Below, in pieces: positions 35,575-45,700 of a DNA stretch of 64,000 bases. Position numbers and translations under genes: made by a program. Each line of letters starts with the position of its first letter. The stretch's first letter is position 1. The stretch lies in the NCBI GenBank assembly GCA_000004985.1, contig GG738920.1. The stretch is one strand, 5' to 3'. The notes under the pieces were generated by a model. That model searched no databases. It had not been told where the DNA came from and saw nothing but the letters and a program-made list of their open reading frames with translations. The stretch comes from Naegleria gruberi (lineage: Eukaryota).

Positions 35575-38500
35575 ATGTTAAAAAGGGTCGCCTCTGTTGG
35601 AAGCAAAAATAATAAACTTGTCCGTAGACATTTGTTGGACGGGCGACTCTATCAAACTGCCTTCTTCAACACAACAAAGCCAAGTCTTTCATTGAAAAAA
35701 ACACTGGGAGTTGATTCAAAATTACAAAAGGAAGCTGATGAAGTTTCTTCGGCAACTATCGCTGAAGAGCTTGATGATATACAAATGGAAGCTGATGCTA
35801 AGGATTTTGATACTGAAGTCTTGGAAGAAATTTACTCTGGAGAATTGTTCGACGCCTATAGCAGAATGTCCTTGTTAGTTAAAAGAGAAAAGAAGCAAGG
35901 AGATGTTCCTTATGCTGAAGAACCATCTCTTGCTCCAAACTTCTCTGACGAGTTTGCATTGGAAGATGCCGATGCTGATAATGATGCAGACTTCAATGAC
36001 GCAAATACATTGTTGGATGCTGAAGAAACTGTAAAGGAAACCGGAGAAGAAGAAGATTATGAAGATATAGACGACTATGAAGACGTTGAAGATATAAATC
36101 CACACCAACAAGCTATGGAAGATATGGCTCTCCTCCTTGAAAAGAATGACCTATTGGGTTTAACTGATGCAGATGTTGCTGAAATGACAGCAGTGGACCA
36201 AGAATTAGATACTTTTGATGTTTCTGAATTTGATATTCATGCTAAACTTGTAGATAGAGTTTCTACCATCTCACAAAAAGCACCAAAGCAAGTTATGAAT
36301 GCCACAGTCTCGGAAAACGCTAAGGATGTTTCCAATACTATTAGCGAAGTTGGTAAACTTGTTCAAGAAATGTCTCCAATGATTAGTGTTGCTATTGGTT
36401 CTCTTGATATGACTGATAATAATGCTGCTCAAGATCCTCAATTTGTTAACCAAGCAAACAAGATTAATGAATTGGCCAAGTACTTGATTTATACTACCTT
36501 GATGAGAGAAAATCCAAAGGAAATTTCACCAGAACTTGCCAACTCTGCCAAGAGATTTGGTATTGATATTAGTGCTCTTCAACAAGAAGCTGCTTCTGGT
36601 AAGCAAATTGCTATTCCTTCTATTTTACAACAAGAATCAAGCACTTCCTCTTCGGAAGAATTTTCTTCATCTGAAGAAGAAGAGGTTAGCAAGGATATTT
36701 TGAGTATTCCAATGATTGAAGAAATTCAAAAGGAAGCTGAATTGGAACAACAAGCTGAAGTTGCTAAGGCTCTTGCTATTGAACAAACCTTAGCTGTCAG
36801 AGAAGCTGATGAAGTTGTTGAAGAATCGGAAGAAGCTGAAGAAGAAGAGGGTATTGATCTTTTCGATGATGAGGAATATCCAGAAGAAGAAGATGAGGAT
36901 CATGCTAGAGAAAAGGAAGAAAAGGAAATTAAGGAAAGATACAACTCTCCAGATTTGAGCTTAATTTCTCAATTTAACTTGCAAATGGGTGATGCTAAAG
37001 TTGAAGATGTTGTTGAAGAAGAAAGAGGAAAGCAAAGACCAGACGCTACTGTCAAATTCCCTAACTTTAGAAACAAGCCACAATTCAACAATAGAGAAGC
37101 TATTCCAGATTATATTCACGAACAAGATATTACCATTTCTCAATATTGTAATGTCTTTGATGCTGCCAAACAATTCGGTATTGAAGTTGATGAAGATGCC
37201 ATGTTGCCAGAACTTGACAGTTTGACTCAAAGTGAAAAGGCTGATTTCATTGAAAGACAACTTGAAATTGCTACCATGCCATTCCAATCTGTTCAAGCTC
37301 AAAGAAAGGAAATTAAGGAAAGACAAGCTCAAGAAAAGGGAGAAATTTATCAAACTGAAGTTGATCAATTTATGGAACATTTGAATGATCCTATTATTCA
37401 ATCACTCACAATTGATGAAGATGAATTGTTGGAAGATGATTTAGAAATTCAAGCTCAATTGAAGGAAGAAAGTGAAGAAGTCTTTGAAGTTGATTCTTTC
37501 CTCGATGCTGTCATTCTCAAGCAAGATAATCCATACGAACCATTCATGCTTGCTACTCATCCACATCTCTTTGTTGAAGGTTCAACTCATTTGAGAGAAA
37601 CTGATGTTGGTAAGATTTTCATCATTTCCCCAGAACATCATAAGAAGTACTTTGGTGTTACTGGTACTGGTGGTGATTTGGATAAGTCATTCGAACAAAT
37701 CTTACAAAGAGGTTTGCTTGTCAGAGAACCAGTTTTGCCAATCGTTAACGAAATTCAAAGCTTGTCTAAAAATAAGAAGAAGTTGACTACTGATCCAGGA
37801 TACTTGCTTATGGGTATTCAAGGAAGTGGTAAATCTGCTTGTTTGGCCACCTGTGTTTTCAATGCTTACACTAATGGAGTTTTGGTTGTTCATATTCCAT
37901 CTGCTTATCACTGGACTCAAGGAATTCACTTTGTTGAACCATCACCTGTTTTGCAAGGATACTTTGATGCTCCACTCCCAACTAGAGACTTTTTGAAGGC
38001 ATTCATGACTGCCAACACTGAAATTTTGAAGGGAATGAAGTTGAGCAGAGAATATACTCTTCCATTAGAATCTGGTCAAAAGGTTCCAACGACGCTCTAC
38101 GAATTGTGTGACTATGCTCTCCTTTCTGATGGTAATATTTCTGTTGTTTTCAAGTTTGTTCTTGATGAACTCATCAATGATAAGACAACTCCAATGCTCT
38201 TTGCTATTGATGATTATAATTTCTTACACGACTATACATGTTATCAATATGGTAACCTTGACGATTTCACTACAACTGTTCCACAAAAGGTACATGCTAA
38301 GAATTATACATTGGTGAGAGCCTTGTCAAGAATAATTCAACAAAATGCTCCAAACAAGCTCATTGTTGCTGCTAACACAAATAAGAATAAGACACCAAAT
38401 AAGGTTTACCTCATGGAAGAAAACGTTTTGGACCCAGTTTATGTTTCATCTAGATACTCATACCCAGAACTTGAAAACATTGTAGAATATTACCAAAGCT

Positions 38501-38601
38501 CTGCATTTGTGTTCGGAAATAAGGAAAACTTTATGGAAGATTTACTTTTCATGTCAGGTGGTGTTCCACAAAGAGTTTTCAAGCACATGTCTGTGTTCTA
38601 A
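35575..38601 (+). CDS. DAP3/mitoribosomal mS29-like P-loop protein, 1008 aa, with an acidic N-terminal extension of about 600 aa
   Basis: The C-terminal third has 'LLMGIQGSGKSACLATCVFNAYTNGVLVVHIPSAYHWTQG', which resembles the DAP3 family P-loop region. 'MLKRVASVGSKNNKLVRR' is presequence-like. The middle is D/E-rich low complexity. Confidence 0.5.
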   Translation: MLKRVASVGSKNNKLVRRHLLDGRLYQTAFFNTTKPSLSLKKTLGVDSKLQKEADEVSSATIAEELDDIQMEADAKDFDTEVLEEIYSGELFDAYSRMSLLVKREKKQGDVPYAEEPSLAPNFSDEFALEDADADNDADFNDANTLLDAEETVKETGEEEDYEDIDDYEDVEDINPHQQAMEDMALLLEKNDLLGLTDADVAEMTAVDQELDTFDVSEFDIHAKLVDRVSTISQKAPKQVMNATVSENAKDVSNTISEVGKLVQEMSPMISVAIGSLDMTDNNAAQDPQFVNQANKINELAKYLIYTTLMRENPKEISPELANSAKRFGIDISALQQEAASGKQIAIPSILQQESSTSSSEEFSSSEEEEVSKDILSIPMIEEIQKEAELEQQAEVAKALAIEQTLAVREADEVVEESEEAEEEEGIDLFDDEEYPEEEDEDHAREKEEKEIKERYNSPDLSLISQFNLQMGDAKVEDVVEEERGKQRPDATVKFPNFRNKPQFNNREAIPDYIHEQDITISQYCNVFDAAKQFGIEVDEDAMLPELDSLTQSEKADFIERQLEIATMPFQSVQAQRKEIKERQAQEKGEIYQTEVDQFMEHLNDPIIQSLTIDEDELLEDDLEIQAQLKEESEEVFEVDSFLDAVILKQDNPYEPFMLATHPHLFVEGSTHLRETDVGKIFIISPEHHKKYFGVTGTGGDLDKSFEQILQRGLLVREPVLPIVNEIQSLSKNKKKLTTDPGYLLMGIQGSGKSACLATCVFNAYTNGVLVVHIPSAYHWTQGIHFVEPSPVLQGYFDAPLPTRDFLKAFMTANTEILKGMKLSREYTLPLESGQKVPTTLYELCDYALLSDGNISVVFKFVLDELINDKTTPMLFAIDDYNFLHDYTCYQYGNLDDFTTTVPQKVHAKNYTLVRALSRIIQQNAPNKLIVAANTNKNKTPNKVYLMEENVLDPVYVSSRYSYPELENIVEYYQSSAFVFGNKENFMEDLLFMSGGVPQRVFKHMSVF

Positions 38602-38631
38602 ATCAGAAAAATAATAAAAAATTTGGCTATT

Positions 38632-41255
38632 TTATGCAACATAATTGTATGTCTTGTGATCTTCAACTTCCCTTGATAAAAAGTCTCTTTCAATTAAATT
38701 CTCAATTCTTCTCTTGACTTCTTGAGGGTTTGGTACAAACCTGCTTTGTAGTTGCTTTACAACTTCTGACATGAGTTCATTGTGGTGGAGCTTCTTTCTC
38801 GCTTTCATTACTCTCACAATAACAGCCTCAATAACAGGTTTTCTTTCCAATTCAATCTTGGATTCAGTTTCTTGAACTTCCTCAACAGTTTCCTTGGTGG
38901 AGGTGATGGCTAATCTTACTCTATAATTGGCATTCTTAAAGTCCTGATTCAAGACAAACTTGTGATTATCTTCCAAATTCTTTGTCTTTGGTTCTTTGGA
39001 AAGGATTTTGGTCTTGTTCATACATAAAATTGTAAGAGTCTTTTTTAAATCCTTTTCTGGTATTTGAGTTAATTCCTTAATCTTTGCATAGGTATATTCG
39101 GTATGTTCATTGTACAGCATTAAAATACAAATTTGATAGGTAGAAACGACAAGTTCATGTTTTTCACTCGAAAATCTTGCTGTCAAGATACCATCTCCCA
39201 GACTGGTTTGCCAAGTAAGTTTTCTTCCACTATGTACATGATTGTAAAATTTGGCAAATGACTCACAGCACAAATTAAGATCTGCTGGGAGAATGATGTT
39301 ATTGAGGGTATAGGCAGGCCAGAAAGAGTGAGTGAGAATATTTACATTAAAGTCCATTCTTTCTGGTTTGAGTTTGAATGCGTCATGTTGTTGATATTGT
39401 TCGTTGGTTTGGGCTGATATTTTCATATCATTGAACATGCCTTCAATTTTTGATGTAAAACTGTATCCACATTCCTTTTTCATTTTCAAGATGAACATTT
39501 TCTCAGAGTTTGCTTGATGTCCCTTGGAGAGTAATCTCTTTGAAAGATGAACCTTGTAGTAATTCTCAAAAATATCCTTGTCTCTCAAGAATCTGAAAAG
39601 AGCCATAGCATCCTCCATGATTGGTTCCAATTCTTGTTCTGAATCACCAAGAGTTCTGATTGTATTGTCCAAATAGAGGGAAAGATATTCTGAAACTCTC
39701 TTTTGTCTGGTACCATCTGAAAAGATGGAAAATCCTTCCTTTTGAGCTTGTTCAAATTTTGAATTGCTCTTGAAAGATTCTCGAGTAATTCTGTCGTATT
39801 TTCTCTTTTGTTCTAATAGACCTTCAATGAAGGTTACTGCAGATCCCTGTAATTTCTCTTCATCCATTACATAGGCAATACCAACATCGGTAATGTATTG
39901 CTTGTAGAGCTTTATCATGATGGATAAATGTTCTTCTTCATTACCCAAAAACAAATTGTACATTCTGTGCAATTCTGAAATCTTGTCATCCTTGAGGAAG
40001 GAAATGTATCCACTTGGACTCTCTGTAATAGTGTCCAAATGTTTGGTAATCATTTCTTGTCGTAAGATTTTTGAAATTTTTGGTTTTGTTGTAAAAGAGA
40101 GATAGTACTGTACACGGTTATCCTCCTCTCTTAATCTTTCATCGACTAGTTTCAAATAGTCGGTAATTGATGTCTGTGCCAATAAATCACGGGACAATTG
40201 CAAGTAGTATTGAGCACTGGTTTCTAAAAATGGTTCTTCCAATACATCATTATAACAGTTCATTTCACATAGCATTCTCACTACTTTTTTCAACAATAAT
40301 CTATCTACATATTCTCCACCTCTTTCCTTTCCAATCATTTCAATTACAATATTTTTAATTTTAACTCCTGATTGACTTTGATAAATAACTACTCTTTTGA
40401 ATATTTCTACACCATTATCATAGACGAATAATGTGTGTTTAACAGGTGTTTGATTTGCACCATTTCCACTACTTTGAGATTGTTGTTGCTGTAATTGTTT
40501 GAGAGCATAATTTGTATTCAAATACATCAAAACACTGCTCACTACAGATGTTTCTGTCTTGTATTCCTCCCAAACATTGCATATTGTCTTGAGAAATAAT
40601 TCATCAGGACACTTTTTCAAAACCTATTATTAATTCCGATCATCAATTAGATAAAAATTAAAATTTGCACACTGATTAATAAAAGGAGAAATCAAAACTT
40701 ACACTACTGAGAATGAATTCTACTTGCTCCAACATGCAGGCCTCTACATTTTCATAGAGTGATTCGCCATGTCTATTCAATACTATTTTATAGGTATTTC
40801 TATACAATTCCTCATAGGAAAGTTCAGAGCTCTTGTTGTGATAAATTTGTTGAATAGCTTGCTTGAGAAGTGTCCAAGTAGTGGAAAAGAAAGCCTCTGT
40901 TGTTGTACTCTCTGCTCGGGGAGCTTTAATCTCAAATTTCTTTCCTATTAATTGCCAAATTCAAAACAAGAAATAAACATGTTGTATACACAACCACCAT
41001 CATTGTGATCCAAAATTATTGATCATAAATTTGTATATTTTCATCATCCGATCCACACAATTCCAAAAATAACAAAATAACAATTCATGATCATCATCAA
41101 TGGTCATAATGGTAATACAATATTAAATAAAACATTAAAATTCCGCCATCAAATGTTTGTCATTGTGATCAAAATGAACAACAAGGGAATTCAGAACAAT
41201 TTTTAGAACAAAATCAGAAAGAGAGCGAGAACTTACCCGTTTGAACTTTTCTCAT
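38632..41255 (-). CDS. Cullin. Model is join(38632..40623,40703..40944,41237..41255) on the minus strand
   Basis: The N-terminus 'MRKVQTG|KKFEIK...FFSTTWTLLKQAIQQIYHNKSSELSYEELYRNTYKIVLNRHGESLYENV' is a cullin repeat 1 signature. The C-terminus 'VVKQLQSRFVPNPQEVKRRIENLIERDFLSREVED' is the neddylation/winged-helix region. Introns are 79 and 292 nt with GTAAGT donors. Confidence 0.8.
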
Positions 41256-41471
41256 TTTTTTTTGATAAGTTTTGGCGCCAAACTGTAAAACTTTTTTCAA
41301 TATCTGCTGGATTGACTTGTGAAATTTTCTTCACTCCAAATTGACCTTATTTATCAAACAAAGTTGTGTTAGAATTGAGACAAGAGAGAACAGACACCTT
41401 TTAAATCAGTCCTCTAATTTATTTGAGTTTTAAACTTGTCAAACATTTGATGGTTTTTTGTCAACTAAACA

Positions 41472-43227
41472 TTAAGGATTTGACTGATTGGTCTTCCAAG
41501 GATTATGAAACGATGAAAATGATCTGAAATCTTCACGAGAAGCAAATATTTGACATCCAAAGAATGCTTCCTTCGCATCACAAGATTCAATGATGGTGAG
41601 ATTTGAAAGGATTTTCTGAATGGAAATAAGAAAATCCTTTTCTAAATTCACAATAATGAGGTGAGTGGTTGTTTCATTCGTGATGATACTTGGCAGTAGG
41701 TCAATACATTCTGTAGAAATGGTTTCTAATTTTGGAGCACTGAATGAGTGGATATCGTCAGCAAGTGATTGATTATTCGAAACAACACTAATTGTAACAT
41801 TTACTCCACAATTCATGTCACCTACATCCTTTTCTATTACAATGCAATTGGGAGTGTTATGATAGTGAGCTAGCATGACATGTCTAGATACGAAACAACA
41901 CGCAGGCACTCTAGAATAAAGAACATAATCACTGAAATTTGAAAAGTAATCAGAAATGAGAAAACGTGGAGGAATTGAAATCACCAGTGAATGACCTTTT
42001 GATAGCTGAACTTTCGAATAAATTTCAGAAAAGAATCCATTCACATCTTCTCTCCTGTCCAATTTGTGATATCTATCATTTTTGTACATTGAATTAAATA
42101 AGAAAGTTGAACCAGGATTCAAACCAAGATAAAAGTAAACTTGCATTTCTGAACTTTAGTTGTTGGTTGACTGATAAAGAAAATTAAACTTACTGATCTA
42201 AAAGTTTGAAAAAGTATGGCTCAACAGAACGAGGTGTTTTCTCATTGAATAATTGAAAGAATGTCATCTCACTTGTAATATCAATACATAGTGGTGAAAA
42301 TAAGCGTTCTGTGAAGTTTCGAATATTATTGCAACAGTAATACCAATCTGTAAAGTCATTCCCTTCCCAAAATGAGTTAAAAGAAGTATCAGTCCAATAT
42401 CTCTGATAGATGGGTTTCCATACATGTGATGATCGTCCTGCACGATTCAAATTTCTATTCAATGGTAAAATCAATGAGCATATTTCACTTTCCTTCAGAT
42501 ATGAGAAAATAATTGCGAGTATTTCATCTGGAAGTTGTTCGAATTGATTTTCATATGTGTTTCTTTTCAATTCATCTTGTGGTCTGTTCAATAGATATTC
42601 GAATGTCTTGCCACTTTCAACGAGAAACTGTTGGGCAGCTCTATAACTTTTTGAAGCTGCCATGACGTCGCCATTCTTTTCCTGTTCCCTACTCTTCCTC
42701 AATAATTGCTCAATTTTCTTGTAGATTTCTGATTGATCGAATTTGTCATCTCTTGGACATGAGCTTGCATCCACTCTAAAATACATTATTTCAGTTCTAA
42801 GAATAAACTTGGTTCCCTTCCTAACAGAACAACCTTCATGGGCAAAATCTTGATTGAATAGAACAAGTTTACCCATGCTAGGTTTCACAGTATGAACGAG
42901 ATTATAGTAGGAGGAACTATTTCCATCCATCATCTCTGGATCATTGTAAAATCGCGTCTCTCCTCCTTTAAAATCATCATTCAAATAAATTAGTAAGGTA
43001 TAGATACTTCTTTCATTATTGTTTCTTTTGAATTGACCATCAGTGTGAATTTTGAAATATTCTCCGATTTGGTACTTGTTAAATCGCATCATTTCATTGA
43101 CTCCACAAGCTTTCCAAGTTCCTGCACTATCCACACCGAAAGGAGTTACCATTTTACTAATAGCATCCAAATCAATCCTAGTTTTCAGCTTATCAAATAT
43201 TAAACTTGCAAGATCGGCATCAATCAT
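41472..43227 (-). CDS. Prolyl 4-hydroxylase (2OG-Fe(II) oxygenase) fused to an F-box. Proposed model is join(41472..42153,42194..43227), about 571 aa, joined by a 40-nt intron. The alternative is two genes, 42190..43227 (P4H-F-box, 345 aa) and 41472..42146 (hypothetical, 224 aa)
   Basis: 'HTDGQ...FAHEGCSVRKG...ILRTEIMY' is the His-x-Asp...His, Arg/Lys P4H motif set. 'LPDEILAIIFSYLKESEICSLILPLNRNLNRAGRSSHVWKPI' is F-box-like. The TAA stop of the upstream ORF lies inside a GTAAGT donor ('gatca|gtaagt...aaag|ttcagaaATG'), and splicing keeps the frame into the downstream ORF. Confidence 0.5.
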
Positions 43228-43420
43228 CAACTCTCGGGTTGAATTTCTATACTCTTTTGGATATTCATCTTGAATTTCCTTAAAATGCTCCTCGGAGTTA
43301 TATTGTAAGATAGAGATTTATAAATTTCCTTGCAAGAGCCAGTTGGTAAGCAAAAGGATTGTTCCACTTTGCTATCTGGGATATTTAATAAATGAGGAAT
43401 ATTTTCAAAGTGAATAAGAT

Positions 43421-43492
43421 TCCCGTGTAGTCCAATGGCTAGGATACCTGGCTTTCACCCAGGAGGTCCGGGTTCAATTCCCGGCATGGGAG
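43421..43492 (+). tRNA. tRNA-Glu (anticodon UUC)
   Basis: 'TCCCGTGTAGTCCAATGGCTAGGATACCTGGCTTTCACCCAGGAGGTCCGGGTTCAATTCCCGGCATGGGAG' folds as a canonical cloverleaf with T-loop GGTTCAATTCC. Confidence 0.9.
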
Positions 43493-43599
43493 AATCATTT
43501 TGTTCATCTGGTGTTTTAATTATTTTGACATGCCAATAATTACAATTATTATCACTCAAGAAAAACCTTGAATTGATGAACAGCTTATCGTTTTCTTAT

Positions 43600-43673
43600 T
43601 CAATATTAAGATTTTGAGAAATTTCAAGGGGATTTTTCTCTTATTTCAATATTAAGATTTTGATGATTTGAAT
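43600..43673 (+). promoter_or_regulatory. Tandemly duplicated 5S upstream element ('cgttttcttattcaatattaagattttga' then 'ttttctcttatttcaatattaagattttga')
   Basis: The same ~30-bp TATA-like element occurs once upstream of 5S copy 3 (about 56453-56495 on the minus strand). Copy 1 has a different TATA-like 'tttttatatgaag' at the same distance. Confidence 0.5.
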
Positions 43674-43791
43674 GGCTACGGCCATATCACGATTCATGCA
43701 CCTCATCCCGTCCGATTTGAGAAGTTAAGCATCGTCGAGCCACATCAGTACTGAGGTTGGAGACAACTTGGGAACCTGTGGTGCTGTAGTC
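43674..43791 (+). rRNA. 5S rRNA gene, copy 2
   Basis: Differs from copies 1 and 3 only at positions 19-24 ('GATTCATGCA'). A TTTT terminator follows directly. It lies 182 bp downstream of tRNA-Glu. Confidence 0.9.
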
Positions 43792-43911
43792 TTTTAATTT
43801 TTCTTTCGTTATGAAAAACCGATTAGCAATCGATATCTTTATTTGAAATGTTGAAGTAGCTCACTTCTATGTTCTCCAATCTGTTGCAGATGAAATTTGA
43901 ACAGCCATCTG

Positions 43912-44889
43912 TCATTGTGCAAATGCTAACTTAAAATAACAACCAGATTGCTTAACAGCTGTAAGAACAACCTCTCTATCAACAGCCAATTCCTCAGAAG
44001 CATACATTCGAGCTTGGTAATCTCTCTTGACAGCTGTCATGACTATTTCTCTATCATTCTTCAATTCATCAGATGCAAACTCGAGTACTTTACCATATTG
44101 CTCCACAGCCAACATTACAATTTTCCTATCATTCCTACTTTCTTCAGAAGCATTTTCAAGTGCCCAACCATTTTGCTTAACAGCTTCCATAACAATTTCT
44201 CTGTCACTTTTCAATTCTTCAGAAGCAAATTCCAGTGAACAACCTTTTGATTTAACTGCTGCCAAGACAATTTCTCTATCTTTTGTTATCTCTTCTGAAG
44301 CAAACTGGAGTGCATAACCACAGTGCTCAACTGCAAACTTGACAATTTCTCCATCTTTTTGAAAATCAGTGGCATATCCTAAAGCATCAACACTTCGTTG
44401 AACTGCCAATAAGACAAATGGTCGATAATTCCACAAGTTGAACAATGAAGCAAGCCAACACATTTCGCTATTGCTGAATAGAGAAATGCACAAATCACAA
44501 AGTTGAAATCTTTCTTTTTTACTGTCAATTCCTGATTCTTGAATCAATTGAATTGCTTCTTCTTCTTGTTCGAAACCGAGTTTCAATATGCGATAGGCAA
44601 ATTTGCGGACTTTCTCCTTGTTTCGATCATCTCTACCACAAAATAAGTGTTGTTTCAGATAAGTGGATGCGATATTCGAATCAAGAGTTAGTATTACGGA
44701 ATCTGAATTATCAATATTTTGAAATGAGAATGATTCAGTGTTTGTTTTTTGTATCTTTGAGGATCGACGTTCGTCCTCACTTTCGAATAGTTTTGAAGAA
44801 TCCTTTCTTTTCATTTTTTCCAGTAAATGATTATTTAAAGCATTTAACAAAATTGTAAAATGGCTATTCGATTTTGTAAAACAATTCAT
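43912..44889 (-). CDS. Repeat protein resembling DUF4116, 325 aa, with about six ~38-aa 'DREIVLxAVKQNGxALEFASEELKxDREIV' repeats
   Basis: The periodic repeat is obvious in the translation. Single exon. It ends 120 bp from 5S copy 2. Confidence 0.6.
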   Translation of the reverse strand: MNCFTKSNSHFTILLNALNNHLLEKMKRKDSSKLFESEDERRSSKIQKTNTESFSFQNIDNSDSVILTLDSNIASTYLKQHLFCGRDDRNKEKVRKFAYRILKLGFEQEEEAIQLIQESGIDSKKERFQLCDLCISLFSNSEMCWLASLFNLWNYRPFVLLAVQRSVDALGYATDFQKDGEIVKFAVEHCGYALQFASEEITKDREIVLAAVKSKGCSLEFASEELKSDREIVMEAVKQNGWALENASEESRNDRKIVMLAVEQYGKVLEFASDELKNDREIVMTAVKRDYQARMYASEELAVDREVVLTAVKQSGCYFKLAFAQ

Positions 44890-44903
44890 AACCTTAAAAA
44901 AAA

Positions 44904-45520
44904 ATGAATCAACACATGAGCTTCATTAGCGAGGAGGAATTTGTTTTTTCATGTTTGGACACTGATCGAGTGGAAACTGTGAGAACCATGCTAGAAAATG
45001 GCGCCAATCCAGAATCGGAATTTGTAGGTTATTTTGCTGCTAACCACCAATGTGAAGAATCAACTCGTCGGATCACGAATATTTTAAATTTATTTTAAAT
45101 TTATTTGATGATGATGGAATTGTTATTGATGAATGGAATAATGAAAATTATAATAATAATAATGAAGAATGGATCGAGTGCATTGATGGTTGCTTGTTTT
45201 TCTGGAAATTCAAAAGTTGTCCGAATGCTTATTCAATGTGGAGCAAGCCTTGATAGGAAAAATCAGGAAGATGAAGGTGTTGTATTTGTGGCTGCAAAGA
45301 ATAATCAAGTGGAAGTGTTGAGGATTTTACTGGAGCATATGGCTCCTCTTCTTCCCAACAAGGTAATTGTCATAATTTAAATTAATATTATTAATTTAAT
45401 ATTTAATTATTGTATAATTGATAATATTAGGATGGTTTAACTCCGTATCAAATTGCTTCAAAACTTAACCATGTGGAATGTGCAAGAACAATCAGTGATT
45501 ATATGAAATCCATTTATTAA
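44904..45520 (+). CDS. Small ankyrin-repeat protein, about 134 aa. Model is join(44904..45023,45168..45362,45431..45520)
   Basis: Three to four ANK-like units ('NGSSALMVACFSGNSKVVRMLIQCGASLDRKN', 'EGVVFVAAKNNQVEVLRILLEH', 'DGLTPYQIASKLNHVECARTI'). Introns are 144 and 68 nt with GTAGGT and GTAATT donors and are frame-consistent. Confidence 0.5.
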
Positions 45521-45700
45521 TCATGTAATATTTTGTAATTGAAAGTTAAAATTAAAAAAATGGAAAAGCAATGAATCACAAAACGATAGAGAAATAATTC
45601 GAATCACTAATTCACACAAAAAGAACGAGTAACAATAATATTAACTTATTGTGAGGAAGGACCCGGTCGGAGAATTCACATTGAAATTCACCAAAAAAAA

